From NCBI RefSeq assembly GCF_001949145.1, contig NW_019091358.1, positions 3,754,569-3,818,568 of the forward strand: DNA of 64,000 bases. Direction: 5' to 3'. The position numbers and the translations under genes are program-made. The notes under the pieces were generated by a model. That model saw nothing but the letters and a program-made list of their open reading frames with translations, had not been told where the DNA came from and did not search any database. Position 1 is the first letter of the stretch, and every line of letters starts with the position of its first letter. Below, piece after piece: positions 24,001 to 36,000 of this stretch. Origin of the DNA: Acanthaster planci (Eukaryota).

Positions 24001-27000
24001 ATTGCGCACCTTAATTCGAGATTGATCTTCATTCACTTTTCATGTTATTGGTACTGTGGCTTCTTCAAGCGGCTTTTGTTTTCTGTTTACAAAGTGTGGG
24101 GCACAGAATTTCTTGGCATGGTTCAGGCAGGTGCATTTATTGCAAGTACTTTCTGTAATGAATTATGAGGTTGCCTGATATACGGTGCATTGAGTTACTT
24201 CCCCGACCTCACTCATGCAACTGTGGCTGCATTTGATTTAACACTCGCATGATTTCTCGTGCTTTCTAGGCCCTAGCCCAATTGAGTAAACTGACCCACC
24301 TAGCTTGGGTACTGAGGGGAGTATCTAACAGTATAAATATTAAAAAAGCATGGTGGCTCAGTCGAACAATGAAAAGGAAACTTGACATTGTTGTAAACAG
24401 TGTGCCGTTGTAAACAATTGTACAATTGTTGCAAATTGGGTATATTCAATATACTATATTGACTCAAATTGAGCAAAAATCTGTGAAAGAAAGGCCGGCA
24501 GTGTATTTGTGCGGATGTCCATTGAGTTTAACAGTCCCAATTCATTATTCAATTGAATCACTGCATGACCTCTTGACCCAGTCAGGGCAGCTTGAGTAAC
24601 CCGAGATCAGTCATCATTCAGATTATGCATGAACATTTGTAGCTTTGACTCAAGTCAGGGTGAGTATGAGAGAAGTAATCAAAGTAAATAAATATACGTG
24701 CACAGCTGCAAGCATCTGTTTAAATGGACTGCCCCTCGAGAAAAAAATTTCTCAAAAAAATTTAGCCCCTGCTTCACTCTGCCTTTCAATCATTAGACCA
24801 TCCAGGACGCTGCAGCCTACCCCTGGTGACTGGCCGATGCCGAGGACGGTTCCGCAAGTTCGGCTTCAACGTTGGGACAGCAGCATGTGAGGAGTTCATC
24901 TATGGAGGCTGCCACGGCAATGACAACCGCTTTGACACAATGGATGCCTGCCGGAAGGCCTGCGAAGACCAACCCTCCGTCGGGGGTGGCGATCCGATGG
25001 TTGGACCGGCTGAACCACTCCAGCCCATCGTTAACACCTCTGGTAAGGATGAAGCAAAAAACTCTCAAGGAGACGCATGAATGTGGTTCCGAAATGTGGG
25101 CAAGTTGGAACAATGACAGTAGTTAACTATAGCTTAACCAATCAAAAGTCATTGTGCAAGTTTTTCATTTGTCTTTGTAGAACCACATGGGAATAAATGG
25201 TGATGGATGCTTTTCTCAATTTGTTGCTGCTGAGTTTAATGACTGCAACTCTCATGTTCTTCCATTTCATTAATTTCTTTATTTCTTCTTTAATATTTCA
25301 GCTATCTGCCGGCTTCCACTAGAAACAGGCCAGTGCCGTGGCTACTTTCCGAAGTTTGGATACGTGCCAGAATCCCAAACTTGCGAGGAGTTCATATACG
25401 GCGGCTGTGACGGCAACCAGAACAGGTTTGACACTCGGGAAGAGTGTATGCAGCAGTGTGGAGAGCTAGCTATTGTGGTTTCTCCCGATGAAGTGCCTTT
25501 ACCAGGTAATGCGATTTGCCCTGTCTGTTTTGTTGCAAGAGGTCAACAAATATTGCCATGGTTACAGAGTGTGTATAGTGAGTTACATGTTTGCCACCTT
25601 GTGTTCTTGATACTCAAGAAACTTGGTGGTTGCATGGTCATCCAGGGTCTTGTTAAGTTTAAAAAATCAGCACACGGCAGAGAACGTGAAACTGAAATCA
25701 TACTCTGGAATAGAACGGAACGATTCTTATGCATATAACATTAGTTGTGCCAAGCAGATTCATAGAACTGCACACATATGGTCGTCTGTGACAGGTTTTG
25801 GAAAAGACAAACTCGTCAATGTATCCATGCACTTTCATAACTGACTTTGTTTCAAAGGCCCAACCCTTTGAGGAAAAAAAGTTGAAACTGAATAGAAATT
25901 CATGCGTTTGTTTAAACTGTAACAAAATGCTCTAAGTTTTTTGAATAAAATTACAAACCATCAGTGATGGATTTCTTTAAGGAGATTCTCTGCAGCCGTT
26001 CAGATTTTGAGATTCCGGGTGTAATCATTTGGGTAAGTCAGGCCGTTCCTTTCGTCTTCATGCAATCCAGAGCTTTGCAAGCTGCCACTGATGTCGGGCA
26101 TGTGTGAGGCCTACATGCCTATGTTTGGCTACATTCCTGGAACGGGAGAGTGCGAGCAGTTCATCTACGGCGGCTGCGGGGGAAACGTCAACAGGTTTGC
26201 GACCGTGGAGGAGTGCACGCAAGTCTGTGGGTCCATCCCTCGTGGTGTGCCCCCCATCATCCCCAAGAAGTACCCAGGTGAGATGCATGGGGCCCTTCCT
26301 GACACCATTCAAGTGGATCATTCAACTGTTACTGCCCACTTTCCGTGATAAACCGATACAGTTATGTGACATTTTCTGGCGTGCAATGTGAGTCTCAGTC
26401 TTTTGGATTATGTAGAGGACAATCTGTACTATGAGAAAACGTTTCATTTCTCCTATTTTGGCTACTTCTTGATTTGTGAGCCTCTAATGTACAACTTTTT
26501 TTGGCTTGAGTGGTGCCTTCCAGTGTGTTAGCAATGCTAGAATTGTCTTGCATCCCAGTGCATTAAGTTCTTGTTTAACTGTGGCACCAAGGGAAAGGCA
26601 TTGCGTATCCTGTCGGTCCTCTCATAGGCCAAGTACAGGCACTGATTCTTTTTTTTATGCTACCATCCAAGTGTTCTCAAAGACCTCCCATTTGAAGCAG
26701 CACATTTTCCTATCTCCAGGTGTGAAGATGGGCCAGTGCCTGCCCTACATTGATGATAACGGCCCCTGTGAGCGGGAGTGTCTTGGGGATGATGCCGACT
26801 GCCCTGGCAACCGCCTCTGCTGCTTCAATGGGTGTGGCTTCCAGTGCACGCCCTTCACCCTCGAGGAGCCTCCAGGTACTAGACTCTGTCATTTTTGTAA
26901 TAAGTGGCTACTTCCATTTTTTTCAGGGATGGGAGGAAGAGGAAGGGTCTAGTTGCAAGACAGCAGTTAGCTGTCAACTTTGTTGTGTGATTGAAGTAGT

Positions 27001-30000
27001 AGCCTTCCAGGATGGTACGGATGGCTCATGTGTGAAGCGCATGCCTCGCCTCTCACCATTGTTGTCTTCAGTTCAATTCCTGGCCTAGGTCACACATGAG
27101 CAGAGTTGTTCCTAGGTTCTTTCCTGTGCCGCAAGGGCTTTTCTCTGGGTTCTGCAGTTTTCCCCCTTCCGTATAAATCAACTGTCTTCCTGTGCCCTGC
27201 GGTCAATTATGCATTGTCTAGCTTGACTATGTTGGAGTTGCATCCCTCGTAATTCAGCCTCGTAATAGCGAGTAAAGATGATTAATCCATGGAAAGGACT
27301 AACTGCTCTTGATTATGTGAGATTCTTTTGGGTGTTTTTCAACTTAAGGCTCAGACTTAAAGTCACCCACCGTTGTTGTTATTGCATTTGACTTGGGCTT
27401 GACCATAATATTGTCTTCAGTATATAGAAGAAGAGAATACTTTAATTATTCTATGGCAGGGCCAGTGCATTAACCCAAATATGGTCAGTCCTCCAACGGG
27501 TGAAAAATTGTGGTTCAGTAGCGTCAATGTACCAAAGTTTTGCTTCACATGAGTTACTTCATTGCAGTATCATTTGGGGCTGTATGTAAACAGTTATTCA
27601 AGTTCTATTTTTTGTTGTTTCTGTAAAAAGGACGAGTCTTACTTTAAGGCCAAAAATGTGAGTGGTTCATATTTGTGACAGGGCACAAATAAAGATTTTC
27701 ATCACAGTTTGATCACATCATGAAGGTTAACAAGTGGAACCATTACCAACCTTTGAGGACGAACAACTGATAAGGAAAAGTCCTTTGTCTTTGTGAACAG
27801 ACCGATAGTTTTCCTTCCTCCCCCCTCCCATGAAATTTGTAGAGCCAAAGGAGGGGACCTGCCCCCCTGTCCTCCCTGGAGAGAACTTGAACTGTGACTA
27901 TGACCAAGTTGTGACCGAGTGTTACTATGACTACAACTGCGAGGGGTCAATGAAGTGCTGCGAAGACGGCTGCAACTCCATCTGTGTCTTGCCAATGGGA
28001 ATGGTGGATCCCATCCTGCCACCCAGTAAGTCTTGCCACCCTTGTGGTTTTTTATATTAAGCTGGACTTGTTCATAGCGAATCCCAACTTTTTTTGGTTT
28101 TTGTTTTGTATTCCAATTGAAGATTGGAACAGAAGTTAAGATGCTTGCTTTGTTATGCACAAAAGTCTGACTTCTAACCTCCCAGAATTTTACCTTGCCA
28201 TCCTAAATTTTCTTCACATCTGCGGACATTTTCTTGGTTATGTTTGAAGTGCATTTTTTTTTTCACTCTATCAAAGAACCTTGCAGGTTGTAAGATCCTG
28301 CAAATGCCATTTTTTCTAAGACCAGTTTAAACTAGAGTATATGCTCACTCTGACTAGTATTCTAAGTCGTTTGAGTTGATAGAAAGCAGTGATGTGACAG
28401 ATTCTTTCCTACTTGAGTTGAATTTGGCAACAGAAGTTTGAACCTCATGTTCTTGGGACCTCTCCTTTAAAATTCCCCCACAATGTGGCACATGACAGCA
28501 ATGGCACTGTAGAAGCCAATCTGTGACGTAAATGAAGTTGAGTTTTTGCACGCAGTACTTCACGATTCTCCAAAAGTAGCAATGGCATTGCAGTTAACAA
28601 GCCCAAGAAAATCTCTGGAGAGAGGACATGAAAATAAGTCTAGTTTCAGAGGTGGAAGAGGAGGCCATTGAATCAGGTTGGGACCGATTGTCCCTACACA
28701 TAGGTCAGCTTGGATGGGATCTGCCACTAGGTGGCAAGAGAGAATTACTTGGCCAACCCATTTCCATACAGTTGTTTAGTTTGAAACTCTCATATTTAGA
28801 TCATAAAGCAATCAGTTCGCTGGTCTTTTCTCAAACCCTCAATGAAAATGAAATACGCCAGTGCTGGTTAGTACAACCTCTCCTGCTTAACACTGCATCC
28901 AGATAAGCCCAAGGTTGGCCTATGCCCGATAGTGGACATGATGACGATGGCCGATGCCTGCGTGAACGAGTGCTTCGACGACTACTCCTGCCCCCTTGAC
29001 CAAAAGTGTTGCAGCAATGGCTGTGGCCAACAGTGCATGCCGGCGTACAACCCCATCGGTAGGTTTGTCAGAGCAATCATTTCTGTACCCTCCGTTGCTC
29101 CGGATACTAAGACCATCCCCATAGAACGTGACATACTTTGGCACGCTGTCAAACACATTTTCACGCTTGTATTAATTACAACCACAAAGTGACCAGCAGC
29201 ATCGCTGGCATCGTACATGTATCCAATGGTGTAACTGATTAAAATGCAAGCAGTGAAGCCAACTTTGATTACGCTATCTTGGCAGTGCATAATTACGGTG
29301 AGTGCCCACCAATGACGGAAGTGGGTACCTGCCCGGAAGAATGCGTGGAGGACTCGGACTGCGAGGCAGACAACATCTGCTGCTTCACTGGTTGCGGACG
29401 CGTCTGTACCTACGCAGTTATCGTGGAACCTCTGCGTAAGTCACTTCATTTACCTTTAAACAGCAAACGTTAGATAAGATATCTGGACAATGTGTAGCAA
29501 TGTGCTTTGGAAAAAAAAAATACAAGACAGAAACAAACAGTGGTGTGGAAATTCCAAAAGCTGAATTTTGACAAGCTCAGTGATATGGAGATCATAGAGA
29601 AAGAAGTTCTTGAAACTGATTTAGAGATGTGAATGCTACCAGTAGACAATACTCTGCGTTGATTGAGCAGAAAATGTACACTCCGATCAGTCAGTTGAAG
29701 TCAGACCAACTGAAGAAAATGACTTATGCGAGTCATAAAATGTTTTGTTTGCACTGTCATGTTTTACATCAGAGAGTACTGAGTTCATAATGGCCAGTTT
29801 CCCGTCCATGTTTCTATGACCTCAAATAGCACCTGACCCGGGTCAGTGCCCCCTAGTGCCCGAGCTGGCTGTGGGTCCCTGTGCCAACTTCTGCCAGTAC
29901 GACTACGACTGTGCCAAGGGGGAGCGGTGTTGCAGCAATGGCTGCGGCTATGAGTGTATGGCAGCCACAGATGTTGGGCCAGTTGAGCCCCAGCCTGAGC

Positions 30001-33000
30001 CAGAGCCAGGTAAGACACTGATTTTCATTTTGAGGGGGGGGGTTTAATAAGAAGAAGAGTCAAATTTAAGGTCGGAGTCCTTTGTTGTGATAGAAGTGAC
30101 AGGACCTTCATAACTGACTGATTCAACTTTGCAGTGTGGAAGCAGTGTGGCTAATAGTGTAACCACATTGTCTACATAATGTTTGGATTTCATTTCACTA
30201 AAATTACATTTAGTGACCATGCCTAGAATGAACCGTGTATGAAATGTACAGACGTACAGTTTCACCTGAGTCTCTCAGCATTGCAGTGGAGTCTGTCACT
30301 CATCACAGGTCCCATTATAAGTCCTTTTACTAGACCGTGAACAAAGTCAAAGGAATGCTTTTGTCACAGTTCCATTTGTGACTTGACTTGACTGGTTGTT
30401 TTGTGGTGGCCTCGTGATGAACATGCACGGACTTGCAGAGACTTTCTGTAAATTTGACTACAATGCTGGAGTCTCAAAATGAGAGCATGAAGCATCAAGT
30501 GCATTGCCTGTTAACTTCAACCCTGTGACCTCTAAAATTTCATTAGCTCCATGCCTCTTAATGTAAGCAACAAACTTGCCGATTTTGATCATTACTAAAT
30601 AATACTGAGAAAAAACCCTTTAAGCTGACATTGTAGTCGTATTGCTGTAAATTAATGGCTTTTCTGCCCGTAGCTCAACCCAAGCCAGGTGAGTGCCCCG
30701 CCCTAGTGCAGGGCTTCTTTGCAATCTGCGTAGAACTGTGCAACAGTGACCAGAGCTGCCTGGGAAGCCAGAAGTGCTGTTCCAACGGCTGCGGGAGGCA
30801 GTGCATGGAGCCGTTGATACGTACGTCGGACTATTTGGCTGGAAGTCATCCGATCACTCATTCGCATTTCTTGTGTATACATTGGTGGCCGTCATTGGCG
30901 ACATATCCAGCGGGAGAGGGGTGAAGGGGAAGGCAGAGGAAGATCTGTTTAGGGGGAGGAAGTTCCTTTTGAAACATGTCTATTTTCATTTTAGGCATTG
31001 AAAGCACAAGCATTTAAGAATGGCACTTGCACCTTTCTATTGGGGGTTCATCCAGAGATAAAACAATTTGGACAATTGTATTTGACAAAAATTCATTTAG
31101 CCACACCTCCCACCCAAGCCCTACATACCCCACTGCCGCACATGTTTCCTGCCATGCCATACGTTAAATACTCCCACTGTGTGGTTGTATCCATTTCAAG
31201 GGTAAGCTCGGGATCCCACAATCTGTGTCGATCTCTTTGCCGGTCCCCTGTAATCACTTAATCCAAATGTTTCTAACATTTCTGTCAACTACAGACAATT
31301 CTCTTCCGGTGTTGGAAAGGGCTCATTGTCTTCACTAATGGATCATCTAGCACATCCCATCTTTCTCTATTTCTCAATTCATGGTTGAACTCATCTTTAA
31401 CAATTGCTAACACTTGAAGCCTTTTCAGATTCACAGGACTCGGATTATCTCCATTTTAAGCCCATCCAAATTCTAATTTGTTGTTCATCTGCAATCAGAT
31501 AGCAATGATGCGCTGTTTTCATTGTAATACTTGGACATGGTTCACAAGAAGTTGTTCAAATTGTTGTTCAGATTGAGAACATTGACTCTGATTGGTTCAT
31601 GTAGCAGTGTTTGTTTCAGTATCCGAAGCATCGAAAGTCTGAAGAGGCGTTGATGTTTCATCGTCAGTCCCATTTTTGTGAGTGAGTTCAGTTGAGAACT
31701 GTTGGTCAGCCATCAGTGAATTACTGGAATACCTGGGCCTATATTAATAAAACAGTGGAAGGGAATTGAAGTCAAACTGTTGTTAAGAATGATTGCAAAA
31801 CCATCTGGCCCTAGCTCCTTGTGTATTACAATACACCTGTCGCATAATCAATCAGTGATGCACACATTGTCTGTTGACTGGTCTCCATACTATAGTCAGA
31901 CCATCATAAAAAATGTGGTTGACCATACAGTTCTTGGTCCAAACCCACTCTATATTGCGCTTGGTTCTAACCACCAGACTTTCTCTGTGCATGCACAGCT
32001 CCTGTTAAGCCCGGCCAGTGCCCAGTCCTCGATCCGGGCCTGTCTTGTTTTTCCTTTGCTGCTGTCATCGAATGCACGGAGGACAATGACTGTGAAGGCC
32101 CCATGAAGTGCTGCGATATGTTGTGCGACAGTCGCTTGTGCACACTTCCTGTCTCCCGTATGTTTAAATTGGAGTGGAGTCTTCTCACAGAATTAATCAT
32201 CTCTGACGAGAGATAACCCTGTAACATACCTAGTGTGTGTTTCTTGGCAAAGGTGCTCTGTGCTGATAAAAAATGGTGCACCTTTGTGTTAATGCTCCCA
32301 AGCTTCACAGTTCCTTAAAGCTAGTTGTCATACTAATGCTAAATTTCATACCATTGTGTAATGTACTCATCAAAATCCTTTGAATCTCTCACACAATGTA
32401 ATCTGGACATTTTTCATTCAGCGTGTCCTGTGCAGTGACACATTAAAATTTTGTGTCAGTGAAGTTATCTGTTCCTTTCTACAAAAAAGTGTTCAGTTCG
32501 GTCTTGTTTTCTCCCATAGTTCTGTAGTTTAATGTGCGCTTTAAAATCCTCTCGCCACACAGCCCCTCCCAGCCCGCCCAAGCCCGGAGAGTGCCCAGTT
32601 GTGGAATCTGGTGGCTTTGGTATATGTGTCCAAGAATGTAACGACGATAGCAGTTGTGCTGGTGATCAGAAATGTTGTACCAGTGGCTGTGGAAGAACCT
32701 GCATGGATCCAATCAGTATGCATGTTTTAAATGAGATTTCTTATAAACAGTATGAGATTTGTCTTGCTTCAACTGTTCTGCCACACAGGTGAATTCGTCG
32801 TAAGTTTTGACGTACATTCGAGCAACATCAAGTTTCAATTTATTGACCATCAGGACAATTCATATCTCATTGGCAGTGCAAGTGGCTCAGAAATCAGCCA
32901 TCTGCCTGGTTTAGTTTAACTTTCTTTGACTTTCTTTCCCCTATTTGTATATATTCTCATTATGCAGCCTCTCCCAGCCCGCCCAAGCCAGGACAGTGCC

Positions 33001-36000
33001 CCATGGTTGAGCCTGGCAGCGTTGGTATCTGTGTCCAAGAATGTAACGATGATAGTGGATGTACTGGTGATCAGAAATGCTGTTCCAACGGCTGTGGAAA
33101 AACTTGTGTGGATCCAGTTGGTATGCATTTTAAAGTAATTTTGTAATAACATTAAATTTGTCTTGCTTAAGTGTTTTGCCACATAGTGAATTCTTTGGAG
33201 TTGGAAAGTTTTAACAATTAAAGTTTTGGATTGTATAGATCATCGAAAACAATACCAATCTCATTGTCATAGGAAGTGGGTCAGAAATCTGTAATCTGTA
33301 TGCTTTAGTTCAGCTTTTCTTTTCCCTGCTTGTATGTTTTCGCCACACAGCTCCTCCTCAAGAACCCAAGCCTGGCCAGTGCCCTGTGGTTGAGCCTGGT
33401 GGCTTTGGTATCTGTGTCCAAGAATGTAATGATGATAGCGGCTGTTCTAGTGATCAGAAATGCTGTAGCAATGGCTGTGGAAGAACTTGCATGGATCCAA
33501 TCGGTATGCATGTTAAAATGACTTTGTAATAGTAAAAGATTTGTCTTGCCTAACTTTTCTGCCACACGGACAAATTCTACTTAAGCTGTGGAGTACAGAA
33601 GTTTTAGCAATTTGAGTTTAGAATTGTTTATGAGCACCAGGAGTAATGAATATCTCATTGTCAGGGGAAGTGGGTCAGAAATCTGTAATCTGTATGCTTT
33701 AGTTCAGCTTTCCTTTTCCCTGCTTGTATTTTTTCGCCACACAGCTCCTCCTCAAGAACCCAAGCCTGGCCAGTGCCCCGTGGTCGAGCCTGGCAGCGTT
33801 GGTATCTGTGTCCAAGAATGTAACGATGATAGTGGATGTACTGGTGATCAGAAATGCTGTTCCAACGGCTGTGGAAAAACTTGTGTGGATCCAGTTGGTA
33901 TGCATTTTAAAGTAATTTTGTAATAGCATTAAATTTGTCTTGCTTAAGTGTTTTGCCACATAGTGAATTCTTTGGAGTTAGAACGTTTTAGCAATTTAAG
34001 TTTGGGATTGTATAGATCATCAGAAACAATACCAATCTCATTGTCAGCGGAAGTGGGTCAGAAATCTGTAATCTGAATGCTTTAGTTCAGCTTCCCTTTT
34101 CCTGCTTGTATGTTTTCGCCACACAGGTCCTCCTCAAGAACCCAAGCCTGGCCAGTGCCCCGTGGTTGAGCCTGGCAGCGTTGGTATCTGTGTCCAAGAA
34201 TGTAACGATGATAGCGGCTGTTCCGGTGATCAGAAATGCTGCAGCAATGGCTGTGGAAGAACTTGCATGGATCCACTCAGTACGAATTGTTCTTACTTTT
34301 TTCATTCTGTGATCCATGGGTTGCGCCTGAATTAACCTTTATGCCACAGAGGAGAAGTGCTCTCAGGTTTAAATTGCAGGCTTCGGAATTGTCACAGTGC
34401 TGAACTCGAGACCATCACAACACCATCACAACACCAGAACATAAAATCATGCACAGGACCAGACACAAGTAATAGTGGGAACAATTACAAAGAAATGCTT
34501 TTGTTTATTTATTTATTATTTCTCAGGGAAAAACACATAAATACACTGAAACACAAATTAGGAATAGCACCACAAACAGATCTAAAAAAAACCAACCTGA
34601 TAACACCCCGAAGGATTGCCAAAAAGCGAACTTAATCGCTGTCTAGAGGCTCTCCTAAAATGTTAACAGTTACTAGGTTGGGCAAAAGTGGGACTCACAA
34701 ACAAATAAGGCAGAGTGGGGAAACACAAAGGGAGGGGGAATAATAAACAGAACTCTGGAGCAAGCTGTGTAGGCCTAAACAAAGAACCGAGGGAGAGAAC
34801 ACAAACCACATGGAATTAAAAAAAGGGGGGGGTTGACCACGGAGGGAAAGAATCGATGAAGCTGAGCTGAAGAGAAGATTGGAAATATGCAGAAAATACA
34901 ATGTACCATATAAACAGGGACATATATATGAACAATAACCACATAAAGTTGGGAGTCATTTAAATTACACATAAATAAATAAAAAGCCTAAAAATTCATA
35001 TAACATGTATTGCATTTGGAATGATCTATAATACATTGACAAAATGGCCGCTACATACAAGAACTATAATAAATAAATGAATAACAATGGACAATAGATC
35101 GACATACAGAAGATATCAATATGAGTTCAATCAAAAGTAGTGTTTTTTAAGATTAGTCAGGAAAGGAGTCGTGCCGTACAGGATACTATTATCAGTTTCA
35201 AGATCCAAAGAGTCCCAGATTCGAGGAAATAGGACAAAGATTGATGGAAGGCGTTAGTTTGAGATTGCAAATGACCGAATTTAACCTGGTTGAGATGTCG
35301 AGATGTCGAGTATTGAGGGTGAGATAGTTCAGGATAGGAATATCAAATTTACTGGACAGACATTTAGCTACAAAGGAGATGGAAAGAAATTTCAGTCTGT
35401 TCATCAAGAATGGCAAACCCAGCTTGGTGCACCACTCGGAATACTCGATATTATTCTTGTTTTTGATATGTATACATCTGCATGGAAGACCGAGACAACA
35501 CCAAGTAAACCTTCTCTGTACTCTTTCCAGCGAGCTCTGTTCAGAGACAGAACTTGGGCACCAAACTGGGGCAGCATGCTCAATAATTGGTCTGACAAGG
35601 GCACAATGCAGTTTAACCATCACAGCTGGATCTCTACTTTTGACTATTCTTCGAACAAAACTGTTCATCCTGTTAGCCTTACACACTACTGCATAGTTTG
35701 CCGTTTCCATGATAAATTTCGAGAAATTACAACACCTAGATATTTATATTGACCAACTGCTTGAAGAATGTGTGGTCCATTGGTATAAGTTGGTTTAGGT
35801 GAGCTAGAACGAGAGATTGACATCAGCTTGCATTTCTCAGCATTAAGTTTCGTTTTGGCCAGTGCACACCAATTGTCATTTTGTAGAATTGTTTCATCAT
35901 TTCTATTATGAATGACCCTATGGAGCACCATGTTGTCCCCATACCGTCTCATTTGTAACCTAACACAAAAAGGCAGGTCGAAAGCAAAGACGTTAAAAAG

